Positions 1 to 41,176 of a DNA stretch of 64,000 nt are shown here, one piece after another; position 1 is the first letter of the stretch; each line of letters starts with the position of its first letter. The notes under the pieces are model-generated. The model saw nothing but the letters and a program-made list of their open reading frames with translations. It was not told where the DNA came from and did not search any database. Source of the stretch: Chrysomallon squamiferum (Eukaryota > Animalia > Mollusca); NCBI GenBank assembly GCA_012295275.1, contig CM022673.1, positions 24,676,001 through 24,740,000 of the forward strand. The letters are read 5' to 3'. A program made the position numbers and the translations under genes.

Positions 1-639
1 GAAGACCTAGAGTTTGGTGTAGAAGTAGTCGAGTCAAGAATGTTTTTGCACGATTAATCGAGAAATTTCCTATTTCGTCCTGTTTACCTTTATGTACATT
101 ATGAGTCCTGTGATGTTAAGATTTAGGGAGTAGTGAACAATGTGATCAGTGTACTGTACCTAAATAACAGAACGTAACTTATAGAAAATTGCCTCTTGCG
201 CACAAAGGAATCAGTTTGATACAAATCTGCTTCAAGTCAAAGACTAATAAGTCTCCTGTTCCTTTTTATAATAACTGGGACATTTGTATAGTGTAAACTG
301 TCTATGTTACTGGTTAGCGAACAAATTAAAAAGTCACATAAACCAGAAGAAGAGATAAAATGCAATACAGGTACCGGTTTTCTGCTACCAAGGCATCTAA
401 ATATGTAAATAATTAGTCTTAAACATTTTAAAATTAAAAACATAAAGAAAATTGACGATACAGAACTGCGGCGGGTATATAACTGTGTACAAATATTAAA
501 ACTGCACATTTTTAATTGAAATATGAAAAGAAAACGAAACGGGTCGTACAAACATTCCTATTTAAAACTTACATCCAATAACGTGTATTTAAATAAGCAG
601 AATAATAACATCGTGTTTATTTTTCATTCCTATTTACAG

Positions 640-9830
<9,191 letters not shown>

Positions 9831-9854
9831 TCAGTTTGGTTTGGAACACAGTGT

Positions 9855-10105
9855 TTTCATTTCTCACTATATAGCATCTACTTGTATGTAAATACTAGTT
9901 TCACTGCGTTTTTTCAATTTATCAGTTCTCACTATATAGCATCTACTTGTATGTAAATACTAGTTTGACCGTTTATTTTCAGTTTATTATTTCTCATTAT
10001 GTAGCCTCTAGTTGTATGTAAAACAAGTTTGACTATGTATTTTCAATGTATTATTTCTCACTATAGAACATCTACTTGTATGTAAATAGTAGTTTGACTA
10101 TATAT
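9855..10105. repeat. Four ~65-bp tandem repeats just 3' of the gene A stop (copy at 20735-20980 after gene B)
   Basis: ttctcactatatagcatctacttgtatgtaaatactagttt... x4. Confidence 0.85.
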
Positions 10106-10556
10106 AATTTATTACCGGTATATCTATACAGTTCGTCAACTGCTTTTTGTAACTGGACTATTCATCTACTCAATAATATTTGAATTATCGTCGTTTTATG
10201 ATATAATACACCAAACTAAAATCACGGTTCAAACATTACCGTCAAGTATTTGTTACTTACTCTGTGTTCACTGCATTACAGAAAATTTCGTCAAATGTAC
10301 AGTTCGTTCACTTGCCTGAGATTAGGAAATTCAATGAAATTGTGTACTAGGTGTACCAATGTGTGTGACTGTGCGTGAATTATACATGCTTATCGACACC
10401 TTAAGAAATCGTTCCAGTAATAAGAAAGCACGGATTATAAAAAGGTTGGAGATTTTCCGATCTGCAGCGGGGAGTTACGACCGATTCGTTTTCATGCATA
10501 TCAAAGTTAATATCACAAAACAATACCTTTGGGTTAATAATGAAAGGATATACCTA

Positions 10557-11632
10557 TGACGTCAGTCGAATCTAATGATGTAGCTTCTGCCTTCAGTCCA
10601 TATGCACACGTTTCTATAACGCCAGGAGACCTGTTAACCAATCCAACCCTAATTCGTACGTGTGCTGAGGTTGGAGCAATTGAGCTAAGAGCTGTTTAAC
10701 GTTATGGAAATGCTTGAGAGATTTTAATACTGCTTTGAAGGCAGCGACCCCATGCTTTGCCTAGGAAGTAAGTCAGTAAGTTAATTCAATATGGTCTGTT
10801 TGAGAGGGCATCATGGCGACTGTATAGAGTAGCGGTTGCAAATGGCGTCGGTTCCATTGATTATTTCGTAGCCTCGATTGTGTAAGTTATCTGAAAAATA
10901 AGTACGTTTTCTTTTAACTGTAGGCTCTGGTAAACTATTGGTTATGACTCAAACCGAATAAAAACTGTAAAGAAAATGATATGCGGTTTTTTTTTTTTTT
11001 TTGCACGATTGGAAATACATGTAGTTTTTAGTTGTATTTACCAGACAACTAATTATGGCTGTTTCTTTGTAATAAAATCATAATTTTATATGATGTTGCC
11101 AAGGAAATGTTGTAAAATTAAAACACAAATGTAATAAAATAAATAAAATAGCTGTTGTTGTTTAGGATTTTTTTGGGGGGGAAGGTTGGTGGGTTTTGTG
11201 TATGTTGTTGTTGTTGTTTATTTATTTTTTTTTTAGTAAATATCCTTATTTCACGAATCTTTTAACGAGAGCTGTCATTAATCTGAAACATGAATCAAAT
11301 AGTTCAAATCGCTCACACAAAACAGAGACATTTTCATTTCAAGTCATTTCATATCAAAGAAAACATCGTAGTCACCTGAAAACATGACCTCGAACGTCTT
11401 CTTACCTCAAATACCTGAACACACTTTCATCAGAGCAGAAACGTGTGCTTGTACAGTGTGACTGACATGAGAATTGACGTTGTGATTTATGCTAAATAAA
11501 CTAGTCTGATTGTGTAAAGGAAAAACAAGACGATCATATATATATTACTTATTATAGCAAAGGCACAAAAACCCAATGACGTCATATGTATGTTTAGAAT
11601 TTATATAGACCCTATGTATTGTCGTGACGTCA
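10557..11632. promoter_or_regulatory. Upstream region of gene B with three perfect TGACGTCA (CRE-type) palindromes and a possible non-coding first exon donor
   Basis: TGACGTCA at 10557, 11577, 11625 (also 21434, 22434, 22482 before C); tandem GTAAGT donors at 10768/10776 and an acceptor-like cag at 11724-11726. Function is inferred only. Confidence 0.3.
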
Positions 11633-11750
11633 GATAGCTTTACAATTGAAATGATGGCGAATGCTCGCAAGAAGTACCTTTCGAATTGTGTTCCAAAATG
11701 TTTGTTTCTTGTTTACTGGGAAACAGATGTTAATTTACCGATATGGAAAT

Positions 11751-20707
<8,957 letters not shown>

Positions 20708-22607
20708 TCAGTTTGGTTTGGAACACAGTTTTTCATTTCTCACTATATAGCATCTACTTGTATGTAAATACTAGTTTCACTGCGTTTTTTCAGTTTATCA
20801 GTTCTCACTATATAGCATCTACTTGTATGTAAATACTAGTTTGACCATTTATTTTCAATTTATTATTTCTCATTATGTAGCCTCTAGTTGTATGTAAAAC
20901 AAGTTTGATTATGTATTTTCAATGTATTATTTCTCACTATAGAGCATCTACTTGTATGTAAATAGTAGTTTGACTATATATAATTTATTACCGGTATATC
21001 TATACAGTTCGTCAACTGCTTTTTTGTAACTGGACTATTCATCTACTCAATAATATTTGAATTATCGTCGTTTTATGATATAATACACCAAACTAAAATC
21101 ACGGTTCAAACATTACCGTCAGGTATTTGTTACTTACTCTGTGATCACTGCATTACAGAAAATTTCGTCAAATGTACAGTTCGTTCACTTGCCTGAGATT
21201 AGGAAATTCAATGAAATTGTGTACTAGGTGTACCAATGAGTGTGACTGTGCGTGAATTATACATGCTTATCGACACCTTAAGAAATCGTTCCAGTAATAA
21301 GAAAGCACGGATTATAAAAAGGTTGGAGATTTTCCGATCTGCAGCGGGGAGTTACGACCGATTCGTTTTCATGCATATCAAAGTTAATATCACAAAACAA
21401 TACCTTTGGGTTAATAATGAAAGGATATACCTATGACGTCAGTCAAATCTAATAATGTAGCTTCTGCCTTCAGTCCATATGCGCACGTTTCTATAACGCC
21501 AGGAGACCTGTTAACCAACCCAACCCTAATTCGTACGTCTGCTGAGGTTGGAGCAATTGAGCTAAAAGCTGTTTAACGTTATGGAGATTTTAATACTGCT
21601 TTGAAGGCACCGACCTCTTGCTTTGCCTAGGAAGTAAGTCAGTAAGTTAATTCAATATGGTCTGTCTGAAAGGGCATCATGGCGACTGTATAGAGTAGCG
21701 GTTGCAAATGGCGTCGGTTCCATTGATTATTTCGTAGCCTCGATTGTGTAAGTTATCTGAAAAATAAGTACGTTTTCTTTTAACTGTAGGCTCTGGTAAA
21801 CTATTGGTTATGACTCAAACCGAATAAAAACTGTAAAGAAAATGATATGCGTTTTTTTTTTTTTGCACGATTGGAAATACATGTAGTTTTTAGTTGTATT
21901 TACCAGACAACTAATTATGGCTGTTTCTTTGTAATAAAATCATAATTTTTTATGATGTTGCTGTGGAAATGTTGTAAAAATTAAAACACAAATGTAATAA
22001 AATAAATAAAATAGCTGTTGTTGTTTAGGATTTTTGGGGGGGAGGGTTGGTGGGTTTTGTGTATGTTGTTGTTGTTTATTTATTTATTTTTAAGTAAATA
22101 TCCTTATTTCACGAATCTTTTAACGATAGCTGTCATTAATCTGAAACATGAATGAAGTAGTTCAAATCGCTCACACAAAACAGAGACATTTTCATTTCAA
22201 GTCATTTCATATCAAAGGAAACATCGTAGTCACCTAAAAACATGACCTCGAAAGTCTTCTTACCTCAAATACCTGAACACACTTTCATCAGAGCAGAAAC
22301 GTGTGCTTGTACAGTGTGATTGACATGAGAACTGACGTTGTGGTTTATGCTAAATAAACTAGTCTGATTGTGTAAAGGAAAAAACAAGACGATCGTATAT
22401 ATTAATTATTATAACAAAGGCACAAAAACCCAATGACGTCATATGTATGTTTAGAATTTATATAGACCCTATGTATTGTCGTGACGTCAGATAGCTTTAC
22501 AATTGAAATGATGGCGAATGCTCGTAAGAAGTACCTTTCGAATTGTGTTCCAAAATGTTTGTTTCTTGTTTATTGGGAAACAGATGTGAATTTACCGATA
22601 TGGAAAT

Positions 22608-31874
<9,267 letters not shown>

Positions 31875-32707
31875 CTTTGTTTGTAACAACACCACTTCTT
31901 ACTGAAGTTTCAGTGTATATGGAATATCTGTTTTTATACAATCAGCTTTTCGACTATTTATCGTATAATATATATAAAATAATTATACAACATACAAGTT
32001 ATTTGGATTGGCACCTAAATTTTGAAACTTTACTTTATTACTACATTTACTCAGACTGAAATAAATAACATAACTTTTGTAACAAATGTACTTATAAATA
32101 ACGAAGATTACCAAATGAAATGACATTTTCTTCTTTTCCTTTTTTTTTTTTTTTTTTTTTCTTTGGAAATCTTTTGGAAATTTTTTGTTGGATATCGTTA
32201 TGGTTTTATAAACCAGATATTTAATTAAGACTGCACTGTTGTATATCTGAATGTCCTATATTCATCTAATCATACAAGCACATTTATATCTGTTACTCTC
32301 CTAGCTGTCATTGTTTTCAAGTGTTTATCACAGCGACTAGAAACTAACTACATCATATTATTCGAACTGTAACTCACAGTGTGTTTAACAACTAGTAAGG
32401 TTTTCCTGATCGAATGTTGGCGCTCTGACGACTGCATTGGTGACAGTTAAAGAGGACAGTTCAGCGAAGTATTTATAATAATGTATATGATTTATAATAC
32501 GTGGATTTGAATGATGATTTTGTAACGAACAGATCTTTTTGATGTGTTAAGACTTAGTGCAATAAAAAGCTAACAACCAGTATTTGTTGTAGTGGGTTTC
32601 GTTCTTCTTTTATTATTTTTAGTTAGTTATGTGTGTGTGTGTGTGTGTGTGTGAGTGTTTCTGTGTGTAGCTATGTGTGTGTATGTGTGTGTGTGAGTCT
32701 GTGTCTG

Positions 32708-32738
<31 letters not shown>

Positions 32739-33254
32739 AAAAACAGTAATATTCAACTATTTTCTTAATTATTATCCTCTAAAAACAAAATAATTGGTAA
32801 ATAAATTAACTATTATAAAATAAACGCCAAATCAACGCCAGCGCAGCTTGAGATGTTCAAGTGTCGATAATTCTGAAGTCAGGTATGTTCCTACTACTGA
32901 CGTACACGATTTAAATACACAAAAATGGAACTATATTTAACCTCTTCTTTGTAAATAAGTGTATCTTTATAGATAAATTATTTCAGGGTCAATAAAAAAT
33001 AATTTTAAAAAATAATAAAAATAGAAAATATTATTAACAAAACATTTTTCCTGAGAATGCAAGTACTAAAGCTGCAGTTCATTCAAATTACTTCAAATAG
33101 TTCTAATCATTTTTTATTTTTTATTTTTTAATTATATAACACTGGTTATGTAATGAATATCGAAATATTATTGCTAATGCAATAAGTTAATTTATGTTTT
33201 TATGACAGTAAGACGAAAATTACCAAAAACTTAGGACATTTTATCTCGGGTTTA

Positions 33255-33967
33255 TGCCATGTGCTCCGAGTTACGAGCAGTCGAGGTCGATTTTTGCTTT
33301 GCGTTGCGAGCCAAAATCCCAGATACGAGCGAGCTTCAGATACGCCGCCGCTAGTTGGCGCAACGAACAAAACAACATCCGCCCATCATCCCGCGTCTCA
33401 CTCATTCACATCACGTGGTTACCTCTCCATGGAAGCATCTCTGTTATGTTGTGGGTCGCGTTTTGTGCAGTAGTTTGCCAAATTTCCATGGATCCTAAGA
33501 AAGTGAGTGGAAAGGACAGTGCTGAGAAGAAGAAGCGGACGATGTACATTGAATTCAAGCATGAAATCACTGAAAAACGTGAGCGAAGTGTACGTGTAGT
33601 CAATATGGCCTAGGCAGTATGAGCGTAGTACGTTTACCATACTGAAGCAGAAGGAATCGATAAAGGCTATAACTCCAGCCAAAGGCGTTAAAATAATTTC
33701 TAAGCTGCGGACCTCTGTCCAGGAAACGATGGAGAAACCCTAACCTGTACACTTTACAAAACCAATTTATTTCTTTGCATTCTCTTTTATTTTGTTTTAA
33801 TACAATATTTTTTTTATTTAAAAACACGTTACAAAAAAGTGGGGTGGTTGTGGTGGGGGCTGGAACGGATTAATGATATTTCAGTTAAATTCATTTGGGA
33901 AAACTGATCTGATATACGAACTAATTGAGTTACGAGCTCGGTCACGGCTCGAATTACACGGTTTATT
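33255..33967 (+). mobile_element. Tigger/pogo-family DNA transposon deletion derivative retaining the transposase N-terminus
   Basis: From 33488: MDPKKVSGKDSAEKKKRTMYIEFKHEITEKRERSVRVVNMA*QYERSTFTILKQKESIKAITPAKGVKIISKLR...METMEK-like, typical of the Tigger/TIGD CENP-B-type HTH region; in-frame stop; termini eroded. Confidence 0.85.
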
Positions 33968-34177
33968 GTGTTATGTTGTATCATGTTTTATTTTGTTTTA
34001 TATTATATTTATTTATTTAATTATTTTTTATTTATTTATTTATATTTTATTATATTATGTTTTATTTTAATTTAATTTACTGATTACTTATATTATTACT
34101 ATAACTTTTTCTTTTTTGTATATATATATTATATTACAATTTTATATATATATATATAAAAAAAAAAAATATATATT

Positions 34178-34694
34178 CAGTTGTACCTTGAGTTACGAAT
34201 GCTCCAACTTACGGGTTTTTCGAGTTACGAGCAGTCGCGTGGTCGATTTTTTGCTTTGAGTTGGAGTCGAGATCCGAGGTGCGAGCGAGCTTCAGATACG
34301 CAGCCGCTATTTGCCGCAACGAACAACACAACATCCGGCCAGCATCCCAAATCTCACTCGTTTACTTCACGTGGTTAGCTGGCCGCGGAGCATCTCTGTT
34401 GTATCGAGTTCACGTTTTGTGAATTATTTTGCCAAATTTCTTTTTTCTGTTCATGGATCGTAAGAAAGTGAGTGCAAAGGACAGTGCAGTGCTTATGAGA
34501 AGAAGTGGATGATATCCATTGAATTAAAGCATGAGTCGATTTGGCTAGACAGTATGAGCGTAGTACCATACTGAAGCAGAAGGAGTCGATAAAGGCTGTG
34601 TAAATCAAGCCAAAGGCGTTAAAATAATTTGTCTGATCTCCAAGATAAATACACTAAGCAAAACCAATCTACTTCTTTACACTGTCTTTTATTA

Positions 34695-34725
<31 letters not shown>

Positions 34726-34931
34726 ATATTTGTCATTTAAAAATACATTTTTCTTATTTAAAAGAACGTTACAAAAAAAAAAAAAAAAAATGGAGTGGTT
34801 TTGGGGGCTGGAACGGATTAATGGTATTTCAATTAATTTCAGTAGGGAAAATTGATTTTTGTTATACGAGAGGATTTGAGTTACGAGCTCGGTCAGGGAA
34901 CGAATTAGACTCGTAAGTCAAGGCACCACTG
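34178..34931 (+). mobile_element. Tigger-family non-autonomous element
   Basis: TIRs cagttgtaccttgagttacga ... tcgtaagtcaaggcaccactg followed by TA; internal homology to 33255-33967. Confidence 0.88.
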
Positions 34932-35441
34932 TATATAACTGTCATATACAACCAAATAAAATTATTATAATAACAATGTTGTAACTCTTAGCTACCAGTA
35001 GTGATCTTATGAAGGTATAAAATGGCGAATTTAACTTGTTTTTGTAATAATACCGTCACACTTCGTTTTAAACAAAACAACAGAACAGTGAGTGGGAAGA
35101 ATAAAAGCATTTCACGAGAGCACTAATCTTACTGCAACAGGTACACTCAAACACGTCCTGTACTATGTATAAAATGTATAAAACGTGGCCTTCCACAGTT
35201 CTCCGGGGGGTCGGGAATGGCGCTCAATTTGTAGTGAAACATCATACCCTAAATGGAAACAGGATATTTATATAAGTAGTGAACAAATATTTATCGGTGC
35301 AGATCTTATTCTGCGATCTCAGTGTATAGCCAGCTGAATGAGATATTTTATTTTGTATATATAACGGACGAAATGATCTGGTATTGCACACACGTTACAT
35401 GTGTTAATAATATATCTGTTATGCATCTGTGTATTGCTCAG

Positions 35442-37051
35442 TGGTGTGAAGAGGACCGATGTGTGTATTCTGAAGACGCTCCAGCTCGTGATAGTAAGAT
35501 TCAGTTTACAGATCTCTGCCGACAGTATTCTTTCAAACTGTAAATTAGCGAGTATTACCAGTTTACTTTCTAAAACTCCAACCCAGAAAAATATATGTAT
35601 GTCCATCTACACACTCAGACATAAAAAATTTACAAACAAATTAATATTAAAAATCTTAACGTGCGTGTGTGTGCGTGTGTGTTTAACAGTACTTTTGAAG
35701 TATTGATGCGAGTCTCTCTGTGTTACATATATATATATATATATATATATACGTATGTACACAGCAACACTCACATTCGCACATGTACATATACAAACAT
35801 ACGTACATACGTAGCTACATATATACATACATACTGAGACACAAATACATACATACATACATAGCTACATTACATACATATATAGACACATACATGAATT
35901 TATACATACATACATGTACATACACACATTTACTTTATATACATAAGTACTCATTCACGCATACATGAACACCTACGTACATAGATACATTATATACAAA
36001 CATACATACACACACATACATGCATACATATATAATACATACATAGATAAAACAAGTAATTAAAATTAATTCGATTGCTCTTCAGAAAGATGTGTCCATG
36101 GAGATCGACCATTCTACATACACAGACAGATGACCTGTGCTAAAATGATAGCAAATTTCCCCATGCTCTGCTACTTAGAGAAAACTCAGATTATTTGCTG
36201 TCAGTCGTGCTTGAACATATACGAAAATTCACCAGGTAAATAAACCTTGTTAAGTTTTTTTTTTTTTTTTTTTTTTTCGTTTATTACCTGGTGTTACATT
36301 TGTTTGACTTTTCAATCTATCAATCAATCAGTCAGTCAATCAATCAATACTGATTGAGTTACAAGGCGTTATTTCTGCGAGTTATTATAACAACAGTTTC
36401 TCTTAAGTATTTACGTAATTTAAATAAATAAAAGAAAGAAAGAAAAAAATCCTTCCTGTGCTAGATTAATATAATCCAGGAAAAGTTTTCCCACGTCATA
36501 AAATTATCATACGTTGTCAGAAATAGTTCATTTTTATACCCTTATGCACATGATATTTGTTGACTTTTTTTTTTTTTTTTAACCATGCATTTAATCTTCA
36601 TTGCGTTATTTATTAACGTTATTTGCGTATAACCGTTATAGATATTATACGACATAAGTCACTGATCTAATTTCAAAGAAAGAAAAAGTTTATATATATA
36701 AAATTTTAGTGTGAAGTAAGGTTCCATGTAAAAAAATACGCCATGTATGTAATTACTTTTTATAAAGCATGTCCGATTATTCAGTATCTACTAAAAGAAA
36801 ATATATATATTTTTTTTTTCCGTTTCATATCAATCACTGAGTCAATCTGTAACATTTCCAGCGTATCTGACCAGTTATAACACTTTGGAGACTAATTCAT
36901 TATCAATACAAATTATATATATATATAGTATGTATTTTCTGATATAGCTGGCATCTCTGTTCTGTTGTCGTCGCCATTGTTACTTTTATTCTTTTTTTCT
37001 GTTTTTTTTTGCAAGTCAATACATTTTTTTTTCTTTTCTGGTGTATGTTTC

Positions 37052-37117
<66 letters not shown>

Positions 37118-37265
37118 TGTGTGTGTCTGTGTGTGTGATTAATATGAGAAATATATTTACAGCTAGGTTATAATGACAAAGTAATAATCTGGAATTAGTT
37201 TTTTTTTTTTTTTTTTTTAATAGTAACTCTACGGTGCTGCTGGATACAGTCATTTATTTATTCGT

Positions 37266-37300
<35 letters not shown>

Positions 37301-37873
37301 TTTGTTTATTTATTTACTTATTTAACAACAGGCTGCGAGTATGGAGATAAACGGTCGGGTTGTCTCCCTGGAATGTGCAATAAGATTTTTCCAGACCGAA
37401 TGCTGTACGATTTCGACTGCTGCAAAACGTGCAACGTCGATAAAACTACGTGGTCGTGTTCCGACACGACAACATCAACGACACGCTGGGATAAAATGCT
37501 TCCTTACAAGTGCAACGACGCCACCGCTGTCGAACATGCGCAATGTTCAGAAACACACGCTCAGAAGGTGATCGTTGTATCGTTTTATCAGTTTATTAAT
37601 GAGTTGTAATCAAAAAATAAATAAATCTGTAGATAAGCAAGGTAAACGTAATTGAGATCTTTGTTCTATCTGTACATTGCATTTAAGTCGTCACTCGAAA
37701 ATATCAGTGGGTTTAATCCAAAAAAAAAAAAATAATAATCTTTGTTATATCTGTACATTAAACAGTTTGCATTTAAGTCGTCACTTGAAAAGATCAGTGG
37801 GTTTATCCAAAACAAAAAAACAAAAAAAATAATAATAATAAAGTAAACATTACTATTGTTAACAATAGTAATG

Positions 37874-37936
<63 letters not shown>

Positions 37937-38352
37937 AATAGCAAATAAATTTATAATTATAAACGTATACAAAACAGTTTTCAAGTATTTACCAACAAAT
38001 GACAGCTTAAACTTTCATTCTGAAAATGTCTCCACAACGATATCACCTGCTTGGTGAACCAGCAAACACTTTTGCTTGAACCGATAGGAACATTAAATTA
38101 TTATTTGTTTTCTTTTTCTTTGCATTATTTATATATGTATCTGTCTACTGTTACATACATGTTCTGACTGCAGACTGTCTGTATGGAAACAAACTTTCTG
38201 CGGAGAACTGTTCGGCAATATCGAGACGACTGGAAGACATCTGTAAGAATCCACCGACAAGTCGACTCTGCTGTGGTCTGTGTTCCAGTCTTAGCAGAAC
38301 CTCCTCGACTTTCTCTTTACTCTTTCTAGTATGTCTGCTTGTGCTGCAATAG
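35442..38352 (+). pseudogene. Gene D: orphan 3' half of a family member (end of disintegrin-like domain, PLAC-like modules, hydrophobic tail), frameshifted
   Basis: Exons 35442-35493 (WCEEDRCVYSEDAPARD), 36086-36235, 37332-37567 (236 nt, not 3n; CCRTC lies in a shifted frame and one Cys codon is TGG), 38174-38352 (...CCGLCSSLSRTSSTFSLLFLVCLLVLQ*). No catalytic exons recognised between 31874 and 35442. Confidence 0.8.
37660..37815. repeat. ~80-bp intronic tandem duplication
   Basis: tatctgtacatt...gcatttaagtcgtcact.gaaa.atcagtgggttta x2. Confidence 0.75.
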
Positions 38353-38990
38353 TTTTGTGCGTATGTGTGTGTATGCGTTTGCGTGTTTCCATGCGTGCGT
38401 ACGCGTTGCGGGTATGGATGGGGTGGTAGGTGAGTTATGGGTGAGCTGTTTAAAGAAATAAGAGTTACAGGCTTGTAATTATTGTTTATACTGATTTCTG
38501 GCGTACTGCTTGTACCAGTGGTGAAGTTGCGAAGGGCTGGCAAAACCTGTTTCATAATAAACTTTCGTTTTACAGTAAGGCTGGGAAAAAAAACGTGATT
38601 CCGACTAATCTGTTTAATCAGTATTTGAAAATTCGTCTGTAAATATTTCACATTTAATTGTATCAGCTTAGCTGCATATGTTCCATCAGCATATGCATTT
38701 CGAGAAGACAAAAAAAAAATCAGAATAATTATTTCCTGATTAAATGTACCTCTGTGCTTATTAATAAATAGTGTAATAAAATTGTTTAGACTGTATTTTT
38801 TCTTTCTTTCTTTTTCATACTTTCTTTTTTTTTTCCTTTTTTTTTTTTTTTTTTTTTTGCTCTGCTACCTGGTGGCAAGATAATAAAGAAAGAAAGAAAG
38901 AATAACTTTAAAGACAGTATACATTATTTCTTCGGTTCAGCTAACATACACTTTTCGTAATTTATATATGTGTGTTTGAGTACATATATA

Positions 38991-39437
38991 CAGTGGCACC
39001 TCGAGTTACGAGTGCTCCAACATACGAGTTTTCCGAGTTACCAGCAGTCGCCCGGTCGAGATTTTGCTTTGAGATGCGAGCCAAGATCCGAGATACGAGC
39101 GAGCTTCAGATACGCAGCCGCTAGTTGTTGAACAATACAACATCAGCCCAGCATCCTCGCCGTGGAAGCATCTCTGTTGTGTTGTGCTCGCGTTTTGTGC
39201 AGTATTTTGCCAAATTCCCATGGATCCTTTTTATACAATATTTGTCATTTATACATATACTTTTCTTATTTAAAAACACGTTACAAAAAATTGTTTTTTT
39301 TTTTGGTTTTTTTTGTGGGAACGGATTAATGATATTTCACTTAATTTCATTTTGGGAAATATAATTTGATATACGAGCAAATTAAGTTATGAGCTCGGTC
39401 ACGGAACTAATTAAACTCGTAAGTCAAGATACCACTG
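38991..39437 (+). mobile_element. Tigger-family MITE-sized derivative
   Basis: TA + cagtggcacctcgagttacgag ... ctcgtaagtcaagataccactg; homologous to the 33255 and 34178 copies with a larger internal deletion. Confidence 0.88.
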
Positions 39438-39475
<38 letters not shown>

Positions 39476-39595
39476 ACAAACAAACACACACAAATACAAA
39501 TATACCATAGTAAACGGTGATTTATCTGTTTATTATTATTATTGTTGTTATTATTGTTGATTTTGTTGTTGTTGCTGTTGTTGTTGTTGTTGTTG

Positions 39596-39630
<35 letters not shown>

Positions 39631-40092
39631 TATTATTATTATTATTATTAGTGAAAAGAACCTTGTTCTATATATAAAATAATTTTTTTAGAAGAACAGT
39701 CGTATATGCACAGCTAATCACAGATTCTCATTAAGTATAAATCTTGACACACGGTACCAGTAACCTCTTGAATGAAAATAATCCACGAACCTGCATTTTA
39801 GCCAAAACAAATAACGAATCTGTTCTTTTATTTGTTTTCAGTTATGCGAGGTACAAAGATAAACTTATTTAACGTCTACATACTGTTTTGTATTTATGTC
39901 ATTATTCATTACATATGATTACCAAAGAGTTTGTTTTAGGCACCTTTAAAACGTTCACAAAAGCGTTCAGAATAAATAAAACATAACATATATTTATACA
40001 AACAAACAAATAAATAAATAAATAAATAAATAAGAAAAAGTGCCAATTCTGATCAAATAATCTTTGGTACCTGTATCGAGAAGCTAACATAA

Positions 40093-40552
40093 TAGTCCGG
40101 TTGCCAAACCCCAGATTTTTGGAGAACCTTGCAATACAGTCCGTACAAAGTTTTTTTGCTGTTTCTATATCGCCGAGATGTGCTCTTTAACAATCTGAAT
40201 ACCATGTGTAGTTACTGAGATATTGACGAAAACGAGATTTTCAGTAATGGCGGCCTTAATATGCCTATTCAGCGCAAAATATTGGTGTGATCTTGAATGA
40301 AATGGCTTAATCTGATTCTTTACCCCTCAAAACATGGGGATAGACACCAAAATTATTTTGATACCATGCATAGTTACTGAGATATTGACGAAAACAAGTT
40401 TTTCAGAAATGGCTGCCTTAATTTGCATATTGTGCGGATTGCCCAAGGATGACAGAGTGGCTTCATTCAGATTCTTAAACAGCACATCTCAGAGGTATAG
40501 AAACAGCAACAAAACTTTGTACGGATGCTTATCGGTCCCTGCCACCGGACTA
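40093..40552. mobile_element. MITE with long imperfect terminal inverted repeats and a TAA target-site duplication
   Basis: taa|tagtccggt...ccgtacaaagtttttttgctgtttctata...aatctgaat versus attcagatt...tatagaaacagcaacaaaactttgtacgg...accggacta|taa; internal ~60-bp direct repeat at 40200 and 40363. Confidence 0.85.
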
Positions 40553-40722
40553 TAATCAGACTGACGAAGAATCTTTTACTTACTGGTTTCAACAAACGTG
40601 TCATGTTTCTCGGTTTCTCGTCTTCTGTCACAATTTACACAAAAATCTTTCTCTTCTGCATTTGTTTACAGCGAAAATCAGTCATAAAATATTTAGTTGT
40701 TACAGGTGGCTATATGTGTCTC

Positions 40723-40960
40723 ATGTATGTATGTATGTATGTATGTATGCGTGTATGTATGTATGAATGTATGTACGTATGTATGTATGTATGTATGTAT
40801 GTATGCATGTATGTATGTACGTATGTATGTATGTATGTATGCATGTATGTATGTATGTATGTACGTATGTATGTATGTATGTATGTATGTACGTATGTAT
40901 GTATGTATGTATGTATGTATGTATGTATGTATGTATGTATGTATATGTATGTATGTATGC
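40723..40960. repeat. (TATG)n microsatellite; similar (CATA)n tracts at 35770-36045, 42735-43030, 48805-49005, 50045-50283
   Basis: Directly visible. Confidence 0.95.
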
Positions 40961-41128
40961 AGCTACCAAATGTTTGCAGCAATTGTCAGTAAACGTTTTC
41001 TCTCTGTGTGTTGTGCGTGTGAGTGTATACGCGCCTATTTATGTTTAGAGTATATACTGAAATACGCACATATTCCATCACATATGCACTTATATTAATA
41101 CAATTATTGGCTGTCTGAAATATTTTAT

Positions 41129-41176
<48 letters not shown>

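Noticed and set aside
10359-10559. 66-aa ORF conserved at 21236-21436
   Set aside because: Conservation is explained by the recent 10.9-kb duplication; no motif or splice support
32400-32890. Possible 5' exons of gene D (short similarity to E's leader, donor-like ag|gtatgt at 32883)
   Set aside because: No signal-peptide ORF or catalytic-domain similarity; match too short
38151-38711. 186-aa minus-strand ORF
   Set aside because: Antisense to the last exon and 3' flank of D; no recognisable motif
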